Of a DNA stretch of 64,000 nt, positions 1 through 9,771 are shown piece by piece. Origin of the DNA: Bacteroidales bacterium (lineage in GTDB: Bacteria; Bacteroidota; Bacteroidia; Bacteroidales; UBA932); the NCBI GenBank assembly GCA_029007435.1, contig JAQXHU010000122.1, positions 4,063 to 68,062 of the forward strand, read 5' to 3'. How positions within the stretch are numbered: position 1 is the first letter of the stretch; the number at the start of each line of letters is the position of its first letter. Below the pieces are notes generated by a model. It saw only the letters and a program-made list of their open reading frames with translations. It was not told where the DNA came from and did no database searches. A program made the translations under genes and the position numbers.

Positions 1-327
1 GGCCAATTCAGGCTGCCAGGTGGCGGCAAGGCAGGTCAGCGCAGGGAAAGCCGTGCAGGAATCATTGGTCCATCCGGCGTGATCCCAATTGTTCCAGTTG
101 ATTTCCATCCTCACACCGTGAGGACCGTCACTTGTATAAATCTCCGGCACACCGAGACGCGCCACACCGGGACTCGAAAATTTCGACTGGGCATAACTCA
201 GGCGGACCTTCTCCTCAAGTGTCATTTGGCTGAGAATTTGTTCAACCTTAGTTTCAATGTCATCCTTCTGAGCAAAGACCGGAGTCAAAACACTTGCCAA
301 GAAAACTATACTTAAAATTCTTTTCAT
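1..327 (-). CDS. Glycoside hydrolase family 3 (beta-glucosidase-like), 5' part, runs off the window
   Basis: Translated by hand from ATG at 327: MKRILSIVFLASVLTPVFAQ signal peptide, then QMTLEEKV, PGVARLGVPEIYTSDGPHGVR and TAFPALTCLAATWQPELA, all typical GH3 N-terminal motifs. Not in the ORF track because it is truncated. Confidence 0.9.
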   Translation of the reverse strand, partial: MKRILSIVFLASVLTPVFAQKDDIETKVEQILSQMTLEEKVRLSYAQSKFSSPGVARLGVPEIYTSDGPHGVRMEINWNNWDHAGWTNDSCTAFPALTCLAATWQPELA

Positions 328-335
328 ACAAAACA

Positions 336-713
336 TTATTCTTTGGTAACCTTTGTAATCGTGTATCCGTCACCTACAAAAAGTACGCCGCCCTTTCCTA
401 CGTGCCAGTCAGGCAGGGCCTCAAGACTGACCTTGTAATAAGAGGTCTTGCCGTCAATTTCTATGGTCACGTCAATTTGTATTTCGGCATTGGCTCGGAA
501 TTGAGCGTAACAGGTCTTCCGAGAGCCTTGTTCTCATTGAAATCAAGAGTGATTGTGCGGGTGAATCCGTTCCCCTTCAATGCGGCATTGAATGTTCCGC
601 AGTTGACTGTGACGTCGTTTGGGTAAGGGATAACCGTCAAAACGGAGTTTTCACAGTTGCATAAGCACAATGCGGCTGCTGCGGCAACCAGTAGAAATTT
701 TTTTTGATTTCAT
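336..713 (-). pseudogene. Internally deleted, frameshifted remnant of a GH20-like (hexosaminidase-type) gene
   Basis: ATG 713 is out of frame by one base at the A8 run (T698-705 on +). The repaired frame reads MKSKKFLLVAAAAALCLCNC...VIPYPNDVTV (GH20-like N-terminus), then ENKALGRPVTLNSEPMPKY, and in another frame LPDWHVGKGGVLFV, which resemble C-terminal F5/8-type domain segments. Confidence 0.55.
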
Positions 714-738
714 AACGTGCCCTGTTGGTTAATTGCCA

Positions 739-746
739 CAAAGATA
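739..746 (-). promoter_or_regulatory. Bacteroidetes -7 promoter element TATCTTTG
   Basis: Exact TAnnTTTG match on the minus strand about 25 nt upstream of ATG 713. Confidence 0.55.
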
Positions 747-835
747 AAACGAATATTTGATTTTATAACTATTTTACCTATTTTTACATATTATTGGAAG
801 CTATCAAAGCAGAAAACGAATAAAAATATAATAAA

Positions 836-2539
836 ATGCAGAGAATCATAGAATGTGTTCCTAATTTCAGCGAGGGACGCGACAAGGAAGTTATCAATGC
901 CATCGTCGAGGCCATCCGCAAGGGAGGCAAGGTAAGCATTCTCAATGTTGACCCGGGCGAGGCTACCAACAGGACAGTCGTGACATTCACAGGAGCACCG
1001 GAAGAGGTGGTGGAAGCCGCATTCCAGGGTGTAAGGAAGGCTGCGGAGACCATTGATATGAGACAGCACCACGGGGCTCATCCACGTTCCGGAGCCACTG
1101 ACGTACTCCCGCTCATACCGATTTCCGGTATCACACTGGAGGAATGTGCGGAACTGTCAAGAAGGCTTGCTGAGCGAATCTACAACGAGCTTGGAATCCC
1201 CTGCTACTGCTACGAAGCGGCCGCATACAAGCCTGAAAGAAAGAATCTTGCAGTCTGTCGTGCAGGCGAATACGAGGCCCTGAAGGAGAAAATCGCAGAC
1301 CCTGGCAGACGCCCGGACTTCGGGCCGGAAACTTACAATGATACAGTGGCCAGGTCAGGTGCCAGCAACATCGGAGCCAGGGATTTTCTCATTGCCGTGA
1401 ACTTCAATCTCAATACCACATCCACCCGCCGGGCCAATGCAGTAGCCTTCGACGTCAGGGAAAAGGGACGTCCGAAACGGGAGGGCAACCCGCTCACCGG
1501 AAAAATAGTGAAGGACAAAGACGGAAACCCGGTGATGATTCCGGGGACATTGAAAGGATGCAAGGCAATCGGCTGGTACATAGATGAATACGGCATTGCC
1601 CAGGTATCGATGAACATCACCGACATCAATGCCACACCTCTCCACGTTGCCTTCGAAGAGGTATGCCGTGCGGCACAGGCGAGAGGTCTCAGGGTCACCG
1701 GAACCGAGATTGTCGGCCTCATTCCCAAGCGCACACTCATCGACGCAGGCAAATATTTCCTTGAGAAGCAGCAGAGATCAACCGGCATCAGCGAGGAGGA
1801 GATAATAAAGATAGCAGTGAAGTCAATGGGACTGGACGACCTGAAACCATTTGACCCTAAAGAGAAAGTCATTGAGTATCTGATGATTGACGAGAAGGAG
1901 CAGGCGGAGAAGGAAAAGCTTGTCAGATTCAGCTGCAAGGAGTTCGCTGTCGAGACGGCATCCGAATCTCCGGCACCGGGAGGCGGCTCGATTTCCGCAT
2001 ATATGGGCGCATTGGGAGCAGCATTGGGCACAATGGTGGCCAACCTTTCCTCCCACAAGCGCGGCTGGGATGACAGATGGAAGGAGTTCTCCGACTATGC
2101 CGAAGAGGGACAGAAAGTTATGGACGAGCTTCTTGTCCTCGTGGACGAGGATACTGCAGCTTTCAACCGTATAATGGCCGCACTTGGAATGCCGAAGGGC
2201 AATGAAGAAGAGAAAGCGGCAAGGGCAAAGGCCCTCGAGGAAGCTACCCTATACGCCACCGAAGTTCCTCTCCGCACTGCAAAGGCTGCCCTTAAGGCTT
2301 TCCCGCTGCTTGAGGCGATGGCTGCGAAAGGCAATCCGAACTCCGTTTCAGATGCAGGCGTGGGAGCGCTTGCGGCAAGGAGCGCCGTGCTTGGAGCACG
2401 CCTCAATGTCAAGATAAACGCTGCCGGCCTGAAGGACAGGGAGAAGGCTGGGGCACTTACAGCCGAATGCGACAATGTGGCTTCTGAAGCCATCGCATAC
2501 GAGACAAAGATATTGGAAATAGTAAACAGCAAGATATGA
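836..2539 (+). CDS. ftcD: Glutamate formiminotransferase / formiminotetrahydrofolate cyclodeaminase, fused
   Basis: N-terminal IIECVPNFSEGRD and HHGAHPRSGATDV; C-terminal cyclodeaminase motifs SPAPGGGS and GNPNSVSDAGVG; first gene of the hut operon. Confidence 0.95.
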   Translation: MQRIIECVPNFSEGRDKEVINAIVEAIRKGGKVSILNVDPGEATNRTVVTFTGAPEEVVEAAFQGVRKAAETIDMRQHHGAHPRSGATDVLPLIPISGITLEECAELSRRLAERIYNELGIPCYCYEAAAYKPERKNLAVCRAGEYEALKEKIADPGRRPDFGPETYNDTVARSGASNIGARDFLIAVNFNLNTTSTRRANAVAFDVREKGRPKREGNPLTGKIVKDKDGNPVMIPGTLKGCKAIGWYIDEYGIAQVSMNITDINATPLHVAFEEVCRAAQARGLRVTGTEIVGLIPKRTLIDAGKYFLEKQQRSTGISEEEIIKIAVKSMGLDDLKPFDPKEKVIEYLMIDEKEQAEKEKLVRFSCKEFAVETASESPAPGGGSISAYMGALGAALGTMVANLSSHKRGWDDRWKEFSDYAEEGQKVMDELLVLVDEDTAAFNRIMAALGMPKGNEEEKAARAKALEEATLYATEVPLRTAKAALKAFPLLEAMAAKGNPNSVSDAGVGALAARSAVLGARLNVKINAAGLKDREKAGALTAECDNVASEAIAYETKILEIVNSKI

Positions 2540-4569
2540 TGACGGATTTCAAAAAGGCGATACTGGAAGGCATCCCGAATGACCTTCCTGAGCCGAAACC
2601 ATACGACAATACCATAAACCACGCCCCGAGGCGCAAGGACATCCTGAACGAAGATGAGAAGGTGCTCGCAATCAGGAACGCATTGAGATATTTTCCCCAA
2701 AGGCATCACAAGGCTCTCGCTGCCGAATTCGCCAGGGAGCTCAATGACTACGGACGTATCTATATGTACCGGTTCCGTCCGGACTATCCGATGTACGCCC
2801 GGCCGATAGAAGAATATCCTGCAAGATGCACCCAGGCAGCTGCCATTATGGCAATGATCCAGAACAACCTGGACCCGAGAGTGGCCCAGCATCCGCACGA
2901 ACTGATCACCTACGGCGGCAACGGAGCCGTGTTCCAGAACTGGGCCCAGTACCGTCTGACAATGAAATATCTCGCCACTATGACAGACGCGCAGACCCTC
3001 GTGATGTACTCCGGCCATCCTCTCGGCCTCTTCCCGAGCCACAAGGATGCGCCAAGAGTCATCGTGACCAACGGTATGGTCATTCCGAACTATTCCAAAC
3101 AGGACGACTGGGAGAAATTCAACGCCCTCGGAGTTTCCCAATACGGACAAATGACAGCCGGCTCATATATGTACATCGGGCCTCAGGGCATAGTCCACGG
3201 GACCACCATCACAGTAATGAACGCAGCACGTAAGCAGTTGAAAGCAAGAGGTATTGAGCCAACACGGGAAAATATGAAAGGCCTGCTCTTCGTCACCGCC
3301 GGACTTGGCGGAATGTCAGGAGCGCAGCCTAAGGCCGGTGTCATTGCCGGAGTGGTGAGTGTCATTGCGGAAATCAACCCTCTCGCGGCCGAGAAACGCT
3401 ACAGCCAGGGCTGGGTGGATGAACTTCACCGCGATCTCGACGAACTTGTTATAAGAATAAGAAAGGCCGTAGAATCCAAGGAGAGCGTCTCGCTCGCTTA
3501 CATCGGCAATGTGGTAGATCTCTGGGAAAGACTCGCAGACGAGAATATAAATGTTGACCTCGGCTCCGACCAGACATCCCTCCACAACCCTTGGGCAGGC
3601 GGATATTACCCTGTCGGATACTCTTACGAGGAATCCAGGGAAATGATGGCAGCTGAGCCGGAAAGATTCAAGGAATGTGTAAAGGCATCACTCCGCAGGC
3701 ACGCCGCCGCAATAGGCCGCCTCGCTGACAGGGGGATGTACTTCTTCGACTACGGCAATGCCTTCCTGCTTGAAGCCTCCAGGGCCGGAGCCGACATTCT
3801 CCTGCCTGACGGAAAATTCCGCTATCCTTCTTATGTCCAGGACATTATGGGTCCAATGTTCTTCGACAGCGGCTTCGGCCCGTTCAGATGGGTATGTATG
3901 TCACAGGATCCTGAGGACCTTGCCCTCACCGATGAGCTTGCAGCGAAAGTACTGAAAGAAATACGGGCCAATGCGCCTGAGGAAATCCGGGGCCAGATGG
4001 ACGACAACATCCACTGGATAGAGGAGGCCTCGATGAACAAGCTTGTAGTAGGTTCGCAGGCCCGCATTCTCTATGCCGACTGCGAAGGCCGCACCAAAAT
4101 AGCCCTTGCATTCAACAAGGCCATAAGGGAAGGCCGGCTCAAGGCTCCGGTAGTTCTCGGACGTGACCACCACGACGTTTCCGGAACAGACTCCCCTTAC
4201 AGGGAAACATCAAATATCTACGACGGGTCCTGCTTCACAGCAGATATGGCAGTCCAGAATGTCATCGGAGACAGTTTCAGGGGAGCCACCTGGGTATCCA
4301 TACACAACGGCGGCGGTGTCGGATGGGGAGAAGTCATCAACGGCGGCTTTGGAATGGTCATTGACGGAAGCGACGATGCGGACAGGCACATACGTGAAAT
4401 GCTTATGTGGGATGTGAACAACGGAATCGCAAGACGAAGCTGGGCACGCAATGAGGCAGCTGTCAATGCAATACGCAGGGAGATGGAACGCACTCCCCTG
4501 CTGGAAGTTACGCTTCCCAACGAGGCGGACAGCGAAATGGTGAAGAAGGCATTGGAAAACAAAGACTGA
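2536..4569 (+). CDS. hutU: Urocanate hydratase
   Basis: YGQMTAGSYMYIGPQGIVHGT, GLGGMSGAQPKA, SDQTSLHNP, GRDHHDVSG, HNGGGVGWG motifs. Confidence 0.97.
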   Translation: MMTDFKKAILEGIPNDLPEPKPYDNTINHAPRRKDILNEDEKVLAIRNALRYFPQRHHKALAAEFARELNDYGRIYMYRFRPDYPMYARPIEEYPARCTQAAAIMAMIQNNLDPRVAQHPHELITYGGNGAVFQNWAQYRLTMKYLATMTDAQTLVMYSGHPLGLFPSHKDAPRVIVTNGMVIPNYSKQDDWEKFNALGVSQYGQMTAGSYMYIGPQGIVHGTTITVMNAARKQLKARGIEPTRENMKGLLFVTAGLGGMSGAQPKAGVIAGVVSVIAEINPLAAEKRYSQGWVDELHRDLDELVIRIRKAVESKESVSLAYIGNVVDLWERLADENINVDLGSDQTSLHNPWAGGYYPVGYSYEESREMMAAEPERFKECVKASLRRHAAAIGRLADRGMYFFDYGNAFLLEASRAGADILLPDGKFRYPSYVQDIMGPMFFDSGFGPFRWVCMSQDPEDLALTDELAAKVLKEIRANAPEEIRGQMDDNIHWIEEASMNKLVVGSQARILYADCEGRTKIALAFNKAIREGRLKAPVVLGRDHHDVSGTDSPYRETSNIYDGSCFTADMAVQNVIGDSFRGATWVSIHNGGGVGWGEVINGGFGMVIDGSDDADRHIREMLMWDVNNGIARRSWARNEAAVNAIRREMERTPLLEVTLPNEADSEMVKKALENKD

Positions 4570-4573
4570 TGAG

Positions 4574-6049
4574 ATGGCACATACAATATCTGATAAAGAA
4601 CTCAAAATCATTGACATACAGAGAATCATAAACAGCGGGGAAAAGCTTGCACTCGGCAGTGAAGCCAGCCGTGCCATAGTCCGCTGCCGGGAATATCTTG
4701 ACTCCAAGATGGAGGACATTGATCATCCTGTTTATGGAGTCACCACAGGTTTCGGCTCGCTATGCAACATCACAATACCGGCGGACGAGCTCTCCCGTCT
4801 CCAGCACAATCTCGTGATGTCGCACGCCTGCGGCACAGGTGACACAGTCCGTCCCGAGATAGTCAGGATAATGCTTCTGCTAAAGATCCAGTCCCTATCA
4901 TACGGGCATTCAGGAGCACAGTTGGAGACAGTACAACGCCTCGTGGATATGTTCAACGAGGATGTCCTCCCGGTGGTCTATCAGCAGGGTTCGCTCGGAG
5001 CATCCGGAGACCTTGCCCCACTCGCCCACCTCAGCCTGCCGTTAATCGGAATGGGAGAAGTCATCTATAGAGGAGAGCGCCGCAATGTCGCCGGACTCTG
5101 GCCTGAACTTGGATGGAAGCCATTGACACTCAAATCGAAGGAAGGGCTTGCCCTGCTCAACGGAACCCAGTTTATGGCAGCCAATGCCGTATGGTCGCTG
5201 ATTCAGGCGGAGAGATTGTCCGACTGGGCCGACAAAATCGGGGCAATGTCACTTGAGGCATTCGACGGAAGGATTGAGCCTTTTCTTCCGCAGACACACA
5301 GGGTCAGGCCGCATAAGGGCCAGCAGGTCACAGCGGCACGTTTCCGCGAACTGTTGGAAGGCAGCGAACTGATTTCAAGGCCGAAGACACACGTCCAGGA
5401 CCCATATTCTTTCCGATGCATCCCGCAGGTGCACGGGGCCACCAAGGATACCATAGAATATGTCCGCAGCGTCATCGAGACAGAGATAAACAGCGTCACC
5501 GACAATCCGACTGTATTCCCGGACGAGGACCTGATAATCTCTGCGGGCAACTTCCACGGACAACCGATTGCGCTGCCGATGGATATGCTCACATTGGCAT
5601 TGTCTGAGTTGGCAAGTATTTCAGAAAGAAGAATTTACAAGCTCATAAGCGGACACCGTGGCCTGCCTTCGTTCCTGGTCGCCAAGCCGGGCATCAACAG
5701 CGGATTTATGATTCCGCAATACACAGCGGCCTCAATTGTCAGCCAGAGCAAGGGTCTCTGCTTCCCCGCCAGTGCGGACTCCATTCCTTCATCACAGGGC
5801 CAGGAGGACCACGTAAGTATGGGTGCCAATGCCGCCACAAAGCTGGTCCGCGTAGTGGAGAATACCGAGAGGGTGCTTGCAATTGAGCTTCTCAATGCTG
5901 CCCAGGCATTGGAATTCCGCAGGCCGGGACATTCCTCCCCTGCCATTGAAAGCATTTTCGAAGCATACCGCAAGATGGTCCCTTTCGTGGAAGAGGACAT
6001 TTATCTGTCTCCATTGATTGCCAAATCAGTTGAATTCCTGAGAAAATGA
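4574..6049 (+). CDS. hutH: Histidine ammonia-lyase
   Basis: VYGVTTGFG, MIO-forming GSLGASGDLAPL, QDPYSFRC, GNFHGQP, QEDHVSMG. Confidence 0.97.
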   Translation: MAHTISDKELKIIDIQRIINSGEKLALGSEASRAIVRCREYLDSKMEDIDHPVYGVTTGFGSLCNITIPADELSRLQHNLVMSHACGTGDTVRPEIVRIMLLLKIQSLSYGHSGAQLETVQRLVDMFNEDVLPVVYQQGSLGASGDLAPLAHLSLPLIGMGEVIYRGERRNVAGLWPELGWKPLTLKSKEGLALLNGTQFMAANAVWSLIQAERLSDWADKIGAMSLEAFDGRIEPFLPQTHRVRPHKGQQVTAARFRELLEGSELISRPKTHVQDPYSFRCIPQVHGATKDTIEYVRSVIETEINSVTDNPTVFPDEDLIISAGNFHGQPIALPMDMLTLALSELASISERRIYKLISGHRGLPSFLVAKPGINSGFMIPQYTAASIVSQSKGLCFPASADSIPSSQGQEDHVSMGANAATKLVRVVENTERVLAIELLNAAQALEFRRPGHSSPAIESIFEAYRKMVPFVEEDIYLSPLIAKSVEFLRK

Positions 6050-7293
6050 GGACATTGATTCACAATATCGGCAAACTTTGCGGCATTTTGCCGGCTTCAG
6101 TCCGCCGGCTTGAGGGGCAAGATATGTCCCTGGTGAAATGCATTGATGATGCCTGGCTGGAGATAACTGACTGCAAAATAAGCGGTTTCGGGCCAAAGGA
6201 GAGTCATCCGGAGCTCAATGCCGATGAAGTCATTGATGCGGAAGGCGGTTATGTAATGCCGACATTCTGCGACTCGCACACCCACATTGTCTATGCCGGG
6301 AGCCGGGATGGAGAATTCAGGGACAAGATTGCGGGCCTCAGCTACGAGGAGATTGCGGCCCGTGGAGGAGGGATTCTCAATTCTGCCGACCTCTTGCACG
6401 AGACTTCCGAAGACGAACTTTTCCGCCAGTCACTCGCCCGTGTCAAGGAAATAATGGCCAAGGGAACCGGTGCAGTGGAGATAAAAAGCGGATACGGACT
6501 CAGGACGGAGGACGAGCTCAAGATGCTCAGGGTCATAAAGCGGCTCAAGGAGACCGTTCCGATCAGCATTAAAGCCACCTTCCTCGGGGCACACGCCGTA
6601 GGCCGCGAATACACTGGGAATCAGAAAGGTTATGTTGACCTCGTATGCAGCGAAATGTTGCCAAGAGTGGCTGGGGAAAGCCTTGCCGACTATGTGGATG
6701 TATTCTGCGACAAGGGGTTCTTCACTCCGGAAGACACATCACGCATACTTGAGGTGGCCGCCAAGTTCGGGCTGAGGGGGAAAATCCACGCCAATGAACT
6801 TGCCGTCTCGGGAGGGGTGCAGGTCGGGGTAAGTTATGGAGCTTTGTCAGTGGACCATCTGGAGAGGACCGGCGAAGATGAGATTGAATGTCTGAAAGGA
6901 ACGGAAACAATGCCTGTAATGCTTCCCGGAGCATCATTCTTCCTCGGAATGCCTTATGGCCGGGCAAAGGATTTCATCAATGCCGGGCTTCCGGTCGCAC
7001 TGGCCTCAGACTACAATCCAGGCTCTTCCCCGAGCGGGGATATGCGCTTCGTAATGGCATTGGGCTGTATCTGTATGAGGCTGACACCGGAACAGTCCTT
7101 CAACGCCTGCACTATCAACACCGCATACGCTATGGGCGTGGAGGACAGGCTCGGGTCCATTACCATTGGCAAACTCGCTTCGTTGATAATCACGGAGAAA
7201 CTGCCTTCATTGGCCTTCATCCCTTACAGCCATCAGACTCCGTTCATCCGCAGGGTCATTTTCAGCCGAGAAGCACATCCAGGAACATCATAA
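6046..7293 (+). CDS. hutI: Imidazolonepropionase
   Basis: DSHTH, EIKSGYGL, FLGAHA, DVFCDKGFF, ASDYNPGSSP. Confidence 0.95.
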   Translation: MRTLIHNIGKLCGILPASVRRLEGQDMSLVKCIDDAWLEITDCKISGFGPKESHPELNADEVIDAEGGYVMPTFCDSHTHIVYAGSRDGEFRDKIAGLSYEEIAARGGGILNSADLLHETSEDELFRQSLARVKEIMAKGTGAVEIKSGYGLRTEDELKMLRVIKRLKETVPISIKATFLGAHAVGREYTGNQKGYVDLVCSEMLPRVAGESLADYVDVFCDKGFFTPEDTSRILEVAAKFGLRGKIHANELAVSGGVQVGVSYGALSVDHLERTGEDEIECLKGTETMPVMLPGASFFLGMPYGRAKDFINAGLPVALASDYNPGSSPSGDMRFVMALGCICMRLTPEQSFNACTINTAYAMGVEDRLGSITIGKLASLIITEKLPSLAFIPYSHQTPFIRRVIFSREAHPGTS

Positions 7294-8047
7294 GGGTGAA
7301 GCCGAAGGCAAACATTATCGTCCCCACATTGGAGTGATGACCTGAGGCCATCTCCGGTATGAGCTCCTCCACAACAACATACATCATCGCTCCGGCGGCA
7401 AGGCTCAGCAGAAACGGCATAAAAGGGGTTATGAATCCGACAAGGAGGGCTGTCAGCAATGCCCCTGCCGGTTCCACAACACCTGAAAGAAAACCGTAAA
7501 GGAACGAGCGGGGTTTTGAGACGCCTTCCGCAAGCAGCGGCATTGAAATGATGGCGCCCTCCGGAAAATTCTGCACCGCTATTCCGATAGCGAGGGCAAG
7601 GGCCCCGCTGAATGTCATCACCTCATTTCCGCTGATCCATCCGGCATAAGTCACTCCAATAGCCATTCCTTCCGGTATATTGTGGAGAGTCACCGCAAGA
7701 ACGAGCTTCGTGGTGCGTTTGAGCCCGCTTTTCGGTCCCTCGTCCTCCTGCCCGTGATTATGCAGGTGCGGGATAATATGGTCCAGTAGCAAAAGGAAAA
7801 GAATACCGGCCCAGAATCCTGCCACCACTGTGGCAATTGAGAAAAACGTTCCACGTGACGGCATTTCCATCGCCGGAATCAGAAGGCTCCACACTGAGGC
7901 AGCCACCATCACGCCTGCCGCAAAACCCGAGAGTCCACGTTCAACAGACGGATTCAGAGATTTGCGGAGAAAAAAGACGCAGGCCGCTCCAAGGGTAGTT
8001 CCAAGAAGAGGTATCAGCAATATCAGAAGAGAACTTTCCAATTCCAT
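7262..8047 (-). CDS. ZIP family (ZupT-like) metal transporter
   Basis: LHNIPEGMAIGV and IAVQNFPEGAIIS motifs, His-rich loop IPHLHNH. Start placed at ATG 8047 rather than 8185, which overlaps deoC. Confidence 0.9.
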   Translation of the reverse strand: MELESSLLILLIPLLGTTLGAACVFFLRKSLNPSVERGLSGFAAGVMVAASVWSLLIPAMEMPSRGTFFSIATVVAGFWAGILFLLLLDHIIPHLHNHGQEDEGPKSGLKRTTKLVLAVTLHNIPEGMAIGVTYAGWISGNEVMTFSGALALAIGIAVQNFPEGAIISMPLLAEGVSKPRSFLYGFLSGVVEPAGALLTALLVGFITPFMPFLLSLAAGAMMYVVVEELIPEMASGHHSNVGTIMFAFGFTLMMFLDVLLG

Positions 8048-8091
8048 CTCAATGTGCGCTCTAATATCAGGTACGGAAGTTCGCTTGCAAA

Positions 8092-8985
8092 TCAGAAGAA
8101 TGTGACAGTCTTCTGCTCGGCTGCGGAAAGAAGGCTGTTGGCGAGACGGCTCACGCCGAAACGGAAGAGAGACGGAGTCAGCCACTCACGTCCCAAGACA
8201 GTGGAAACAATTGAATAATAGCACAATGCGTCCATCAGGCCGGAAATGCCTCCCGCTGCCTTGAAGCCAACCTTGCGGCCGGTCTTCTCATAAAACTTCT
8301 TGACGCACTCGCACATAACATAAGCGGCCATCGGAGTGGCGTTGACATCCACCTTTCCTGTGGAAGTCTTGATGAAGTCGGCTCCTGCCTCCATTGCGAG
8401 GAATGACGCCTCCGCTATATTCTCGGGGCTTGAGAGCAGACCGCTCTCGATAATGACTTTCAGTACAATTTTGCGACCCGATGCCTCACCGGCCTCATCA
8501 ACGGCCTTTCTGCAAAGACGTATAGCAGATGCGGCAGCCTCACTGTTCCCGGACAAAAACGCATTGAGGGACAATACAATATCCACCTCATCCGCACCTG
8601 ATTCGACAGCCATACGGCATTCAGCGGCCTTTATCTCGTCAAAGGTCTGGGAAGTCGGAAAGCATCCGGCCACTGCAGTCACGTGAAGAGCGCTGTCCTT
8701 ACGGTTGTCACGGACAACCGAAGCGAGATTGGGATATACACAAACTGAAGCAGGAAGAGGGAAATCCGGGAATGTGTCCTGATATGTGTTCACCTTCACC
8801 ATCAGTTTCGTTATTGACTCAGGAGAATCTGTTGTATGCAGAGAGGTCAGGTCCATCAGGCTGAAACAAGTCCTGACTATCTCATCCGACACTATATTGT
8901 CCAGATTGGACGCTATAAGGTCAAGGCTTCTGTCAATCGCCTCTTTGTCGGGAGCATATCCGTATTTCGAACATAAACTACTCAT
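8092..8985 (-). CDS. deoC: Deoxyribose-phosphate aldolase
   Basis: MDLTSL, ASVCVYP, GADEVDIV, LKVIIESG, GADFIKTSTGK, GFKAAGGI. Confidence 0.93.
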   Translation of the reverse strand: MSSLCSKYGYAPDKEAIDRSLDLIASNLDNIVSDEIVRTCFSLMDLTSLHTTDSPESITKLMVKVNTYQDTFPDFPLPASVCVYPNLASVVRDNRKDSALHVTAVAGCFPTSQTFDEIKAAECRMAVESGADEVDIVLSLNAFLSGNSEAAASAIRLCRKAVDEAGEASGRKIVLKVIIESGLLSSPENIAEASFLAMEAGADFIKTSTGKVDVNATPMAAYVMCECVKKFYEKTGRKVGFKAAGGISGLMDALCYYSIVSTVLGREWLTPSLFRFGVSRLANSLLSAAEQKTVTFF

Positions 8986-9006
8986 AATAAATATCTTTTG
9001 AATGAA

Positions 9007-9762
9007 TTATCCTTTAATCTGAATCTTGAATCCTTCTTTTATAAGAGGATCCACCGCCGCAGTCATCCTCTCCACGGAATACTTCTCCAGGCCGTCGGCA
9101 GGAACAGGACGGTCAATCGTGTAAACCATTATTTCCCTTGGTTTCAATTCCCTGACAATATCCATCCAGCCTGAAAGATTCTCTTCTGACAGAGAGTCGT
9201 AACCAGGACCTTTCAGGAACATTGTCTGAAGGATGAAATCGCCTTTGAACTCTTTGAGCGCCTCGACTACAGCCCTTACCGAATAGCCCGGATACGGCTG
9301 GTTGATGAGAGCTGCGAGTCTGTCAGAACTTGCGTCAAGCTTGAGAATCGGATTGTCCACCTTCATCAGGGCCCGCCTTATTTCCTCCCTGCCAATCATT
9401 GTCGCATTTGACAGGACCGACACTACGGAATCAGGGAAATATTTATCCCTCAATTCAATAGTGATATCTATCATCTCCGGGAAATGAGGATTCAAAGTAG
9501 GCTCCCCATCGCCTGAAAACGTGATTGAGTCAATCGGAGTACCGGATTTCCTGCATTCAATGAGAACCCTCTCCAGTTCGGAACGCAGTTCTGAAGGCAG
9601 CGGAAGCCTGCTGTCATCCCGTCCGTCCCTGTTCCAGCCGCATTCACAGTAAACGCAGTCGAAATTGCACACTTTCCCGTTCTCCGGAAGCAGATTGATT
9701 CCAAGAGACGAACCGAGGCGCCTGCTGCGGACAGGCCCGAAGACAAGCTTTTCTCTAAGCAT
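9007..9762 (-). CDS. Radical SAM protein
   Basis: FGPVRSRRLGSSLGINL, CNFDCVYC (CxxxCxxC), ITFSGDGEPTL. Confidence 0.9.
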   Translation of the reverse strand: MLREKLVFGPVRSRRLGSSLGINLLPENGKVCNFDCVYCECGWNRDGRDDSRLPLPSELRSELERVLIECRKSGTPIDSITFSGDGEPTLNPHFPEMIDITIELRDKYFPDSVVSVLSNATMIGREEIRRALMKVDNPILKLDASSDRLAALINQPYPGYSVRAVVEALKEFKGDFILQTMFLKGPGYDSLSEENLSGWMDIVRELKPREIMVYTIDRPVPADGLEKYSVERMTAAVDPLIKEGFKIQIKG

Positions 9763-9771
9763 AAGTAATTA

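Noticed and set aside
79-626. Plus-strand ORFs 79..315 and 294..626
   Set aside because: They are antisense shadows of the GH3 gene and the GH20-like remnant and show no recognisable motifs.
2095-3150. 351-aa minus-strand ORF
   Set aside because: Entirely antisense to ftcD and hutU; a shadow frame produced by codon bias.
8092-8985. deoC as part of the proposed nucleic-acid utilisation system
   Set aside because: It lies about 18 kb away inside a housekeeping operon, so the linkage is probably coincidental.
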